A stretch of DNA of 63,443 nt, the filler included, from Reticulomyxa filosa (taxonomy: Eukaryota > Protista > Foraminifera), in NCBI GenBank assembly GCA_000512085.1. It is 17 parts of 17 records of this genome, joined end to end, with 100 filler letters (N's around TTAATTAATTAA, not from the genome) between each part and the next. Parts side by side here need not be neighbours in the genome. Positions count along the whole stretch, not along the records: positions 23,315 to 26,920 come from ASPP01015213.1; positions 27,021 to 36,247 come from ASPP01026486.1; positions 36,348 to 39,914 come from ASPP01027692.1; 14 more parts are not named here. One strand, 5' to 3'. Of this stretch, positions 25,290 to 37,447 are shown in pieces (within the stretch, counting starts at the first letter, position 1; every line of letters starts with the position of its first letter). The notes below the pieces were generated by a model, which was not told the origin of the DNA, ran no database searches, and saw only the letters and a program-made list of their open reading frames with translations. A program made the translations under genes and the position numbers.

Positions 25290-26850
25290 TCACATTATTG
25301 ACGGTCTGGTCGACTTTCCTTGCGTTGCTGGATTTGGGACAGCTTGATTGCCTGCTGCGTTGTTGTCTGCTTTGGCGTTCCTGTCCAATCAACAACAATC
25401 AATGATTTGTAAATAAAATAATGTGTGAGTAAACGCATGTGTATAATTGCAAAAATAAAGATCATATTTTAAACTTGATAGTTTCATCAATGCCCAAAAT
25501 AGTGCATGCAGCTTCAGTTGCTGCAGCCAGAGCTGTCTTTTTGTTCAAGACTGGCTCCCAAATAAAAGATTGCACCGCGTCCACAGTACCCCCATTTTCA
25601 ATGTTAACCCCAGCCCATCTGTTACCATGAGCATGTAAGTATCTCAAATTATTGACAATATCGGTTGCATCCAAACCAGCATTTTGTGCCAATTGTCTTG
25701 GAATGACTTCCAAAGCTTTTGCATAGGAAGCCATTATTAATTGGCTTTTATCTTTTACTTGTTTGCTGACATCTCTTAAATATCTAGATAATTCCATTTC
25801 AATGGCACCAGCTCCACCGACAATTTGAGAGTGTTGTACACATCTATCAGTCACAAACGCACAGATACATCGCTCTAATCAATTACTTAAAAGCAAGCAT
25901 TTGTAATGTTGCAAAAAAACAATTATTATTATTATTATTATGTGGATCACACCTTTTCACAACCATCAAAGCGTCCCACAACGATCGGTGTGTTTCTTCA
26001 ATGAATTGTTCAGCACCACCACGTAAGATGATCGTCGCAGATTTGGCATGTTCACATTCTGTAAAGTAGTTGTACCTCTCATTTCCGACCTGGCGTTCTT
26101 CAAATAGTCCACAAGTGCCCAACACATCTTTGCTCAAGTCTCCCAACGATGTTTGGACTGCGCCACCGCAAGCTGCGGATACCCGTTTCAAGTCTGCCAT
26201 TGACACACGTCCAGCGCAAAAAATATTTCGATCCGCAAAATATTGAGTTGCCAGATCACCAATCGCCATTCGTGACAACACCACTTTTGCGCCCGATTTG
26301 ACAATGACATCGAGTTTGCATAAATTATTTTCCATTCTGCTTCAACAATTGATTGATATTGTGAGGGATCATTCAATCGAATCTTTGGATATTTTTGTTT
26401 GTACAAACAAACGGTAAATGACAATTGTATTTGTTACAATTTTTTTTTTTTTTTTTAGTCCTATTGCCCTCTCAAAAACAAACAAGGACAAAGAGTGAAA
26501 AGAACGTTTAAAAAAAGTTTAACTTCAGCGTTTTCTTTTTCAGCTTTCAATTCCAATTCAACATTTAACAACACAACTTTAGGATTTTTGAATTTTTTGG
26601 GCTGTTGTTCAAACCCAGCATAGCTGAATGTTTTCTTGAAGGCCACGCCACGAACCAACTCACTGGAAGTCACACTACCTCCAGGGACTTTGGCCACACC
26701 AATCATATCCAAGTTCAAGCTGTGAGAATCCAATGACAACACTGCATCCACTGCCATTTTTGCAAAGAACTCGCGATGAGTCGCTATCAATTTCGATTGC
26801 AACGCTGTTTGCGCACATCTTTCCAACGTTTCGCGGAATGCGTGTTCTCT
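25290..26850 (-). CDS. CCT7: T-complex protein 1 subunit eta (5' partial)
   Basis: [90 protein letters not shown] and AATEAAC. The final exon ends PSIM* at 25290. There is one apparent 1-nt deletion near 26318. Confidence 0.95.
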
Positions 26851-27390
26851 GAAGGGGGAGGGGACAGAAGGGGACAAAAAAAAAAAAAAGATAAAGACAT
26901 TGACAAAAGAGGTTGTGTTGNNNNNNNNNNNNNNNNNNNNNNNNNNNNNNNNNNNNNNNNNNNNTTAATTAATTAANNNNNNNNNNNNNNNNNNNNNNNN
27001 NNNNNNNNNNNNNNNNNNNNACACCTTAAAAAAAACTTGGATATTAAATATCCTTTTCACCTTGGAAAGAGAATGAAAAGTATCTTTGAAAACCTACGAA
27101 AAATGACTACTACTATAAAACATAAAAAATGAAAAATGAAATTGAAGCTTCCAAACCAAGTCAGGACGTTAGGAAAAACTTTTGCCAATCAATTGGTGAT
27201 ATTTAATGTGTATTTGTGATGATGTCGAATTTTACTAATAAAAAAATTTTAAATAGTATAAAATTTATATTTATTTGTAATTTTTATTTGTTAATTATAA
27301 AGTTGGCTGACAATAGCGAATTAATGAATTTGTAAATGGATAAGCAGTAGTTTTAATGTTTGTGTTTGAGTGAATTTGTTGAAACATTTT

Positions 27391-30300
27391 TTATTTTTTC
27401 TTCGTAAATTTGGACAATCCTGATTTGTTGTCAAACAGTTTATCAGTAAATATATGTTGCAACAATTTATTATTGTGAAGACGTCTTTTTTTTGAATATT
27501 TGTGTTGATTTTGTGTTAGTTTAAATCATAATTGATCATAGACTTACCTGTCGCATCGTGATTTTTTTCATTTTTTTTTACTGTTGCTTTCGACATAAAT
27601 TCATTGTTAATTTCAGCCATTATGTTAAATATTTCCAAATTAAAGTTTTCAATTGCTTTATTTAATAGTTGTTTTTTGTGCATTTCATCCACTGTAGAAT
27701 ACAGTCATACGTTGTTAAGTCTTTAATCGTTATCGGCAGCCAAGCAAATCAATTCTATTTATTTATTTTGTTTATTTATTGAATCAATTTTATTTAGACA
27801 TTTGCCCTCAACGACACATATAACAATAACAACAAAATAAAAGATTATATAACAAGTTTATGTAATGGACCTATATGTTTATTGACATTTATATATCTAT
27901 GTAAATTTCGACCCACAACTCTTTTACAAGAGCAAAAAATATAATGAGTTTTCTTTGCTGATCATTTAGTGTTTTGAATCTTATCTCTGAAGACTTATCC
28001 CCAAAGCTTTGGCAATGGACAAGACCAGTTGGATATTGTCTTCGACTTGATGCGCCTCCAAGGGAACTGACCTTCCAAGTTCGGCGTGAATGACAATGTC
28101 GTTCAAAAAGTCTATATGTGTCTTATCTAGCAAATAACCCAACATTGAGCAGTCGTACATTGTCTCTAAAATGTAGTAGTTGTCCAGCTTGCCATCTTCG
28201 TTCTATTTCATCAGGATATACAAACGTCGCGTTATATCTTCTTTCTTGCATAATACGTGGTCCATATACGTTACATTTACCCTCAGGTCGTCCGGCTCAT
28301 TCACAATACGCACCTCCGCGACTATGCCAGATTCTGATGCTTCTAACTCGCGCTTTTCTTTCAATTGCCACTCATTACGATTCTCTGCACATGCGCTCTT
28401 CGATCCTCATCGATGTTTAATCACCATTCTGTGAAGTTCTACTCATAACATTGTCGGATCATATCTCTGAATGCATTTCGCCATTCCTTATCGTTTTATT
28501 AGCATACCTTTTTTTTTGAACATATTCTATTATCACAAGACAAATAAACAGATTCCATAAACATAGCAATCAGTCTAGGTACGTTCATATCATCACCAAC
28601 CCTTTTTCCATTTGGGTAAACTTACTTCGTTTTTTACAAGTACACTTTTTCCAATTCTTCCACTTACTTTTCATATTGAAACAATTCGATTTCATTGTCT
28701 TGATGATATCTCACAACAAAGGTACTGCACCTCCTTGAGCATGGACTTGTGCATCTTCCTCTAACATGCAAAAGTTTACTATGACTTCATTTCGTTCATG
28801 ATTTCAAGATTTGCCCAATTGTCTTTTTCGCTGCCTATGCTCACTATTAAGTCAACAATGCCTTCATTGCAATTATTTTGTCTACTTCATCTATAGATAT
28901 CATTTTGTGCAAGGCCTGACATCACAATACAACTAATGGTTTGGTTTCGATTGTCTTCCAACAATTGTGCAACTGCCCGACAGCTTCCGCTTTCCGTCAA
29001 GTTGTTGGCAATGTCTGTGTTCGCTGCAATGATTTTCAATAATTCGCAGCACAACGGCGTCATTCGCTTACTGCCAATATCAAATCCAACACTCCCAATT
29101 GCACCATGATATGTGCGGCTGTTTAAAACGAGTCATATACAATACGTTGATAATATTTTTTTTTACAAGTTTAAGGCTTTGACTCATTCAAATTAAAATT
29201 TAATTATTGTAGTTGGACATTTCAAAGAAAAGTTTCAAACCTTTTTCGTGACTGCTCAAATTTGCTAATACCACAACACTCATTTGAATAAGAGATCGAC
29301 GATCGGTGTTCTTTTGCATTGTGTCCATGACAATTGCCACAGTGTCTTGTTTGATCAATTGCTTTACACTATCGGGACATATGCCAAATTGGCCAAACAT
29401 CGAAAACCACTAGCCCATAATCTTCATCAGTTGTTCAGGGTCCATGTTGGCCAACTGTGCCATGGCCATGGTTCCAAATTGCTTCAAGTCTCCAGTCATC
29501 TTTCCAATGTTTGGTTTGTACAGATACTGATCAATGGTCTTGCTTGCCTGTGAAATCTTATGTGCAACGTCCATGTTCATTTTATGATGCTCTAATCCTT
29601 TTTGCAAAAATTCGGGAATGCCCTCTGCTTGCAAGGCTTGTGCAACTTGAGGCCCCTTCTTTTCATCTTTCAGCAGGCCATTGATCAAATCAGCAAATGC
29701 GCCCATCATCGCTGGATTCTTCACATTGCCTTGAATGGCTTTCAGATCTGTTTCCAAGGTGATATGTTGGCACAATGTGTCAATGATGGATGTGTTGTTG
29801 TGTTGCGCTAATGCAGCTAGCAATTTCAGACCTTGCAATTGCACTCCGATATCATCTGGATGTTCGAGCATGCATTACACTACGCCTCAGGAACACCAGC
29901 TTCCTTCAAGTGCAAAAATGCGCCATTGATCAATGCGCATCGCAGTAAATTCTTCAATCCTGCCGCAATAATTTTTCGATTGTCATATTAATTTTGGATG
30001 CATTCCAAGATTCCTGCCACCTTTCATGATGTATGCATATAAATATTACACATATGCGTACGATATACAAATACAAATGTATGTATATAATAGTATATCT
30101 ATATTATGTAATACTCATGTGGTTGTGTAATTTAGATATACCTTTTTGTACGTATTTGGAAGCATACTCTGAATCGTCCAAGAGACCAGTCAATTTGGCC
30201 AACTCGGCCATCACATCTTTGGTTCGATCTTGCGCGTCATTGATTTCCTTTTCTTCGATATTTACGCCGTCATGTTGGTAATCCAGCGCAGACAAGTTTT

Positions 30301-31280
30301 TCAGTTCGTCCAAATCGCCCAAGTCATTGCGCAAGCCGTTGCACTTCCACTGGAGTATTGTCTTGTTTGGGAATTTTGTTCAGCTCGTCTTCCAATTTTT
30401 TTGAATTGATCGAACGTGGTGTGATCGGCATCGTCCAAAGCTTTGATTTCGTCAGAGATGTGTTTGAGCACTTCGGGGGTCATCGGAGTGTGCTTGAATA
30501 ATCCGAGATTTGGCCACTTTACATTCACACTTGGCAAGAGAAAACGCTCAACCACTGCTCTTGGCCATGTCGCTGAAGCAATCACGATATCGCGATCATC
30601 AGGCTTGGCCAACAAGTGCCGGTGATAGCCTTTAATAGCCCAGTATTGACCAGTGTTTTCACCAAATCGGGGTTGTCCAATGGTATATATCCAACCAATC
30701 CCGCAAAATACCACTATCAAGGATCATCTTTTAACCGGTCTTTGTTTTGGCCAAATTTTCCAATGCATCAATCAAATCGTTTATTATAACTTCTCCAAAT
30801 CTTTCAACTAAGCTTTTCAGCTGATCAATACCATTCACTTTTCCAAATTTGTTGCTGTCTTTGGATCTCTCAAGTGCGCGGATCGCTTTTGCGATAATGG
30901 CGAGATCCTCCGGCGACAGTCCTTCTGCTTGCATTTGATTGCACTAAGTTCAACAGCGCGTTAACTCTGCATTTGCCTGCAAAGTATTGTGCGTTTTTAG
31001 TAATCAAAGCCAAATTGCCCAGCAAACCCAAGCCTCGTTATCATTTTGTTGTCATATTGGCCAAAGTTAAATAGAACGTTCAATGCTTTCGTCAAGTCGT
31101 CCTCGCCTGCCAACACTTTCAAAGCTGCCGCACCTCTCTCCACCAATTGCAGTAAATCGGGATTGGCTTGCATAGCCTTTGGGATTATTCCCACTGCATC
31201 CATTTGTTGCATATCTTTCAAATACTGGGATCCAACCTGGCCACCAATTTAATTGTTGGAAGTATGTACAACACACATTT
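27391..31280 (-). pseudogene. Large ARM-repeat protein with C-terminal fimbrin/plastin-type tandem CH domains, disrupted
   Basis: ARM-like ORF pieces occur in shifting frames (QLQGLKLLAALA, IQMSVVVLANLSS, VERGAAALKVLA). CH1-like TMYDCSMLGYLLDK...HQVEDNIQLVLSIAKALGI lies at about 27995-28165. CH2-like YDCILQWMKC and NKLLQHIFTDKLFDNKSGL lie at about 27400-27715. Many stops and frameshifts are present. Confidence 0.65.
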
Positions 31281-31949
31281 CAATGCAATACGTTGTTGTA
31301 GATAATAAGTATATGTTCTCAGGATTTGGTTCATTTCCAACAATAACACAAAGAGTTAAATGCATTATTATTGTTTTTTAACATTTTCTTTACATATCCT
31401 TGCTTGGAGTATATATTGTCAATAAAATAAAAAAAAGAAATATTGAGTTTTTCATTTTGCCTTGCAGTACATTGTATTTTCCTTTTTTTGTTAAAGCTTC
31501 CTGCAAAGTTTTACTATGTTATTCAACTGACTTGTGTAAACTATTGTTGATACAACTTGATGAATTATACTCGAGATTATTCTATATTTAGTTTTTCTCA
31601 TTCTGTTAAGCCGTCGCATTCAATTCTTTCATCACAGATCTTGACACGAAAGTTTACAACATCTAATCGAAACTGTGTCGAAATGAGAAAGCAAGTCATC
31701 CCTTAAATATAATTCTCTTTTATGTGTCACTTCAAATGGCTCCAGACTACTTTGGGGTTTATTTGGTTATATCTGTTGGCAATGCCACGAATTTTCTGTA
31801 TTATAGTGCTTCCTCATAAAACATAAGACGCAACACGTTTGTGTTTTTTTTTTCAAACAGAAGGTCCACTGTTTCAGTTTTCTAGATGTTACCACGCACT
31901 TTTTCAATGCATCGAGCACAGTTAGCAAAAATAGAAAGGAGCATGTGAG

Positions 31950-33952
31950 TAAAGTGCATTATGGTGATATAGTGTGGCTTAGCAACAGACTGTTGTGTGA
32001 AGTGGTATACATACGGCCGTTAAACGATCGAGCGAACGATGGTGTCTTTCGAGCTCAATAGTGCCCGCGAAAGAAGACGAAAAACACACAGAAAACCAGC
32101 GTGTCCCCGCCACTGTCACCTGTCTTCAAAGCAACGTAGACCAGTACACCTTGCCCGCTGTTACGCACGTTGTAAGCAAGACCTTGCTCGTACACGTCAT
32201 ATTAATAATAACATTCCAATGGACAAGCGTCATGCTAGTTTAAAATCGCGTCATCTCATAGCCACTCACGAATAATCTTTAAAGAGTAATACCAAGTCGG
32301 AACTGCCTACTATTTTGATACCATCCACAGAGTTTGGTTTTTTTTTATGAATGTCCATGTATGCGTGTGGGAAGACAGAGATTGACGATGCCACTTGGAT
32401 CAACAGCACGAGGAAATATCAAAACAATAATAATAATATTAATAATGTCTACACAATAAGACTCGCTTTGAACGGGAAATCGAAAAGGAGAAACTGAAAA
32501 TGCAAAAAGAAATGTCAGAAGAGAAATAGAAGGAGTAAAGACAAAAAAATGATCAGTTGCCTTTACAAATGAGCGAGTAAACCGAGTTGATAAAAATGAC
32601 GCAACTGAAGATTGACTATTTGATTTCAAAGGACAAGACCAATGAGGAAAAGGAAAAAGAAAAAAAACCAATGTTTGAGACAGCAATCTTGTGTGACGAG
32701 CAGTGAAAGTGGAGACGTACAAACAAAAATGATTACTCCGACGATTGACAGCAAGATGAAAGAGCGTTTGCACATCGAACCAAACAACCAAAGCCAAAGT
32801 CATTCTCGATCGCAATCGTTGGACAACCGAGTTGAACACAATAACCATGGAGACGATGTGGAAAGCGTGGAAAGTATCACCATTGGGATCTCTCCGCGCG
32901 GCGTATCTCCTATTCCAAGTCCAAATTGGAGAACATAAATTGACATCCACCAAAACAGCAACGCAAATATTATAATGACTTGGCCAGCCCGGTTGGTGTG
33001 TACTTTACAAAGACAAAAACAGCAATGACGACGACAACAGAGAAGTATTTCTGCAAAGGCCACGCATACAACCCATTTCAAACAACAATATGCAATTCAA
33101 AGCCCAAACTTTGATTTTACCGCAACGTTTGCTATAAATGGATGTAACCCTCACGCGCACAAAAGAAACAATAGCAGTGTTAGTGGTGACAGCAATCGCA
33201 ACAGGAGCATCAGTTCAATCGACGACAGTATCACAACAAAGCACAATCACAACATAGCCTTGCCTGCATTACCTTTATTGCAAAAGCAAAGACAAAGTTT
33301 GAATTTAAAGTTATGAGTTATCAAACCACAAAATTTGTCTGCAACGACTACCTTTCTTAAAAAAAAAACTTCAACCATGGCAAACTTATCACCATCACAT
33401 TTGCCAGCACATTCACATGTTCGTATATCAGTTGTTTATTCGTGTTATAAAATTTGTAATATCCTTACAATCAGTCTGTATATTCTTTTGATTTTGGAAT
33501 TTTTATGTTTGTTCTTTTTTTTTTGATTAAAAAAAAGGAGATCATTTTTGAACTGAACACACAAAAAAAAATGTCTTTTTTTCTCTACCTCTTCAAGGTG
33601 TCCCGTTGGTGATAACCGAGCAAAGCGCAGTAGAACTGGTTTAATGTTGCTATGTTATTGCTTGTATTATCTCGTGACACAGCACAACTGTGTACGAAAG
33701 AAATAGTGAATACGCTATGATTTTTCGTAGATAACGGATTGTCAAGAAAAAACATTCCAAGCCATATATGCGCTGTCTGTAATGAGTTGTTCACAACGAA
33801 CCGCAGAACAAAGAGGACATTTACAGCAAAAAGTTCATCATACAGCTACGTCTGCTGATGCCAAAAGTGATAACAACAATACTAGTATTACTATGCAGGT
33901 GACGGAGCAAATGATTGAAAAAGTTGCCAGCAAATTAGGTTTGTTTGATTAG
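31950..33952 (+). pseudogene. Decayed gene with CAP-Gly-like N-terminal relic and MyTH4/FERM-like relic
   Basis: GDIVWLSNRLLCEVVYIRPL...GVF[fs]ELNSAR is CAP-Gly-like. A Ser-rich linker follows, then RTGLMLLCYCLYYL (MyTH4-like) and EQMIEKVASKLGLFD (FERM F1-like). Many stops. Confidence 0.4.
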
Positions 33953-34757
33953 ACTGTCCAAAAAGAAATTTTATTTGAAATCATGTCAATAAAAATAAAT
34001 AAATAAATGAACTTACATATAATATAGCAAATAATTAAAGGAGAAAATGAAATGCACTTGTCTTGTGAGCACCATTTCCACAACTTTTGCATGTGTGACT
34101 GGGTGATGAGTTTGCCAAGATAAGGTAAGCATGCCTGAAGTGTTCGCAATTCCATGGCCCAATCAGGATCGGGTGTGGTCACAGCTGTTGGATGTGTTAA
34201 GATATTTCATTGTTTGGAATCCTATTGTTTTTGCCACTGCTCAGCTTATTTTTTTTATCACTGGCATCCAAACTCAACAAGTCGTTGTCCATCAAAACAT
34301 TAATCCCTGTATTCTTTCCTCTAATTCATCATATACTTTGTAACATTATTTTACTATCAAGCTTAGTTTATAAGTTCACAAGCTGTTGTTACGTTTTTAA
34401 ATAAGATTGAATGCATTACAAATATACAAACAACTCTTTACTCGTTCAATAAGTGTTAGTTTTCTGTTTCATCACACAATACTATCTTCTGTATTCGCAA
34501 AGTTTTTTTTTTGGAAAGTCTAAAAAATGAATTAGTTAGCAAGTTGAAACTTATTCTTTGAAGTTTCAAAATGATTGTTATTCAACAAATCTCTAAAACG
34601 AATAATCTTGCATACAGTACGTGTGTATTAACTGACCTTTGTTCCAAAAAAAGTTGGTTCAAACAAGTTTTGTTGTAAAGTACCAACGGGGAAGGCCCAA
34701 GGGTTGGGTTTAAGTTTTTGTGTCATTTTCAGTTGTTCTTTGGTAAATTTTAAAAAA

Positions 34758-36014
34758 ATGATAGAAATGCTCACAATTGAATTCGGCCAAGCCGCATATA
34801 ATTATGCAATATCATCTTGTAACAATACTGTGCAAACCACAGAATTAATAACTGTTGCAAAAGAAAATAGAACTAAGTAAAAGATGACACTTTTAAAGTC
34901 TTCTTTGAAGAAACAGATATTGGCCAATTTGTTCATAGTAACCTTGTGGTTAAGTATTCTATTGGTGATTCGTTTTTCCGTATACGTATAATAAACTATA
35001 TAAAATAAGTTGACTTGGAACCAAATGTTATTGATTATGTTAAAAACGTCCATTGTGCGGTCATATCACACACACTGAGTTTTTAGTCAATGTGAAAAAG
35101 TACAGTAAATAATTTTGCCTTGTCACTATGCAATCGGAAAACAAATAATTGATAAAGTAAATGATCGATTGATAAAACTTGTTGATAACCTTGACAATGG
35201 TAATTGTCTTTGTGACTAGACAGTGTATGTGGATGCAGTATCTCAATCACTACTGGGCGTGCAGTTGACTATAGAAAGAAATCAAAAATTAGTTTTACCA
35301 CTCACCGAACTTGCCCACATGCGTAGTAAAACCATATAATGCGTTGTTAGCGACTTACTGGTTATTAGACCACACTTAAGTTTCTTTGTTGTTAGGTAAC
35401 GAAACCATTTACAAGATCTGCTAAAAACAATTGCGAATTGCCAAATCAGATTTGGACAACTCGAACAAATTAATTTCGAAAGTTGTCTATGCAATAACAC
35501 TTAGTCTTTGCGATTTAGATGTGAATTGACGTAGACTTGGTCGAGTTTCAAACGAACATCGTTTACACTTTATGACAGAATGAGCCCAATTATTCCAAAA
35601 GCCAATGTCTCAACCTTGCCAAAAGATGTCCAACAAATTACCAATTGTTTTAAGCCAGAGAACTGGTTTGTGAAAACACTGAGTTTGATCTCGCTGAAGA
35701 TAAATATACTTCTATTTCTTTGAATTACCGTAGTGATATTAAATCAAAAGAAGACAACGCAACTGTTCAATAGTTAAAGAATAACAACAAAATCATTTTG
35801 TCGAATGGTATCCTACTGGTTTCAAAATTGGCTTAACGAAGTACAAGCAGTAACTTTGGAATCCGACGATATCGGAGCTTTCAGCAACAACTCTATCATG
35901 ATTGCGGACAACACATATATTTCCCGAGTGTTCAGCAAATGCTTTGCTCAAAAGTACAATTTGATGTACTCGCAAATGGTATTTGTCCACTGGTACTTAG
36001 GAGGTATTGAAGAA
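34758..36014 (+). pseudogene. Divergent (retarian type-2-like) alpha-tubulin pseudogene
   Basis: Colinear relics: EMLTIEFGQA, DDTFKVFFEETDIGQFV, DLEPNVID, NNFA..HYAIGKQIIDKVNDRLIKLVDN, VDYRKKSKI, CVVKPYNALLATYWLLDHT, VDLVEFQTN, VEWYPTGFKIG, YNLMYSQMVFVHWYLGGIEE. Numerous stops and frameshifts. Confidence 0.88.
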
Positions 36015-36038
36015 AACATTTACATAAAAGTACAGTAT

Positions 36039-36075
36039 GTTGCAAATAAAACTGAACGCCTAAAACGATATCTTA
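36039..36075 (+). repeat. Short dispersed repeat shared with 39879-39914
   Basis: GTTGCAAATAAAACTGAACGCCTAAAACGATATCTTA versus GTTGCAAAGAAAACTGAACGCCTAAAACATATCTTA. Confidence 0.8.
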
Positions 36076-37447
36076 TGATAATTGATTTTCTCCATGAAAA
36101 ATCGACATTTAGACCTAATTTTTATTTTATTTTAAAAAAAATATCTACAAATCTTGTAGTTTTTAAATATGAAATTGGTTTTTTAATAACTTTTTTTTTT
36201 GTCGGATAAAATTATTTGAAAGAATGTTGATTTCATCCAACAAAAAANNNNNNNNNNNNNNNNNNNNNNNNNNNNNNNNNNNNNNNNNNNNTTAATTAAT
36301 TAANNNNNNNNNNNNNNNNNNNNNNNNNNNNNNNNNNNNNNNNNNNNGACACCTCCACATCATTACTTGAATAGATAAAAAAGAAATTTACAATATCGAA
36401 AGATTGCATCTTAAGTTATAATTTACTAAAATTTTTCTTTAATTAAAAAACTTTTGAAACTTTACCCTTTGTACTTGAATGATTTTTACACTATTTTTAA
36501 AAATCTTCATTTTGTCAAATTGAGAATGATTTACATTATTGTAACTGATTATATTTCCTTAAAAAAATTTGCGCGTGATTGAGACAACAGTTTACCAAAA
36601 ATGCAAATGCCTTACACATATCATCACTACTCAGAAAAGCAGCTTGTGCACCAAATTTGACTGTCAATATGTCAAATATATTCGATTTGGGATGTGTTTC
36701 TTGTGTCGATATTTTCTTATTATTATTTATCTTTTTTTCATTATCTTTCACTCAATGTAAATTCTTCACAAATCGTATCCCCAATTATCACTTATGCTTT
36801 TTCGAACCAATATCCATTTGTAAATGCTTTTTTTTTATCATCCATCTTTCTCTCAAAAACTTTTTAAAAAAGCGATTTTTATTATAATACACTCAACTTG
36901 ATCTCAACTGCTGATCACAAATATCAATCAAATATTTGTGCATATTATTGATATATTTATTTGCCCATATAACCGTTTCATACTGCTGATCTGATTCCAT
37001 AAAACTTGGAATAAAACCTAATTCTTTTTCTATTTTTTCATATTTTGTCTTTCTTTGTCATCTTCTTCTTCATCTAATTTTAAAGCTTGCAATTGTGCTT
37101 CTTTTTCAATTAAACCACCAATATACGAAGAACTCAAAATATAGTTAAACGAATAAAGTTAGAATAAATTTTTCCTTTGTCTTCTAAATCTAAAGATTAG
37201 GCGATATTAATGAGAATTCTCACAAGCTAGACCAAAGCTAAAGTAAAATTAAAATATATTTTCTTTTATTGTTTTGTTCAAAAAAGTAAGACTTTCATTC
37301 ATGTTGCGTTTGTTGTGTCATTCTTACTTTATACATTATTATAATAGATACAGTGCAATTTATACACAAACTGTTAATCACCATTCAATTGATATTGATT
37401 ACTTAATTTGAATTTACAAAATATGAAATTTATGTTCTGTTAAAACT

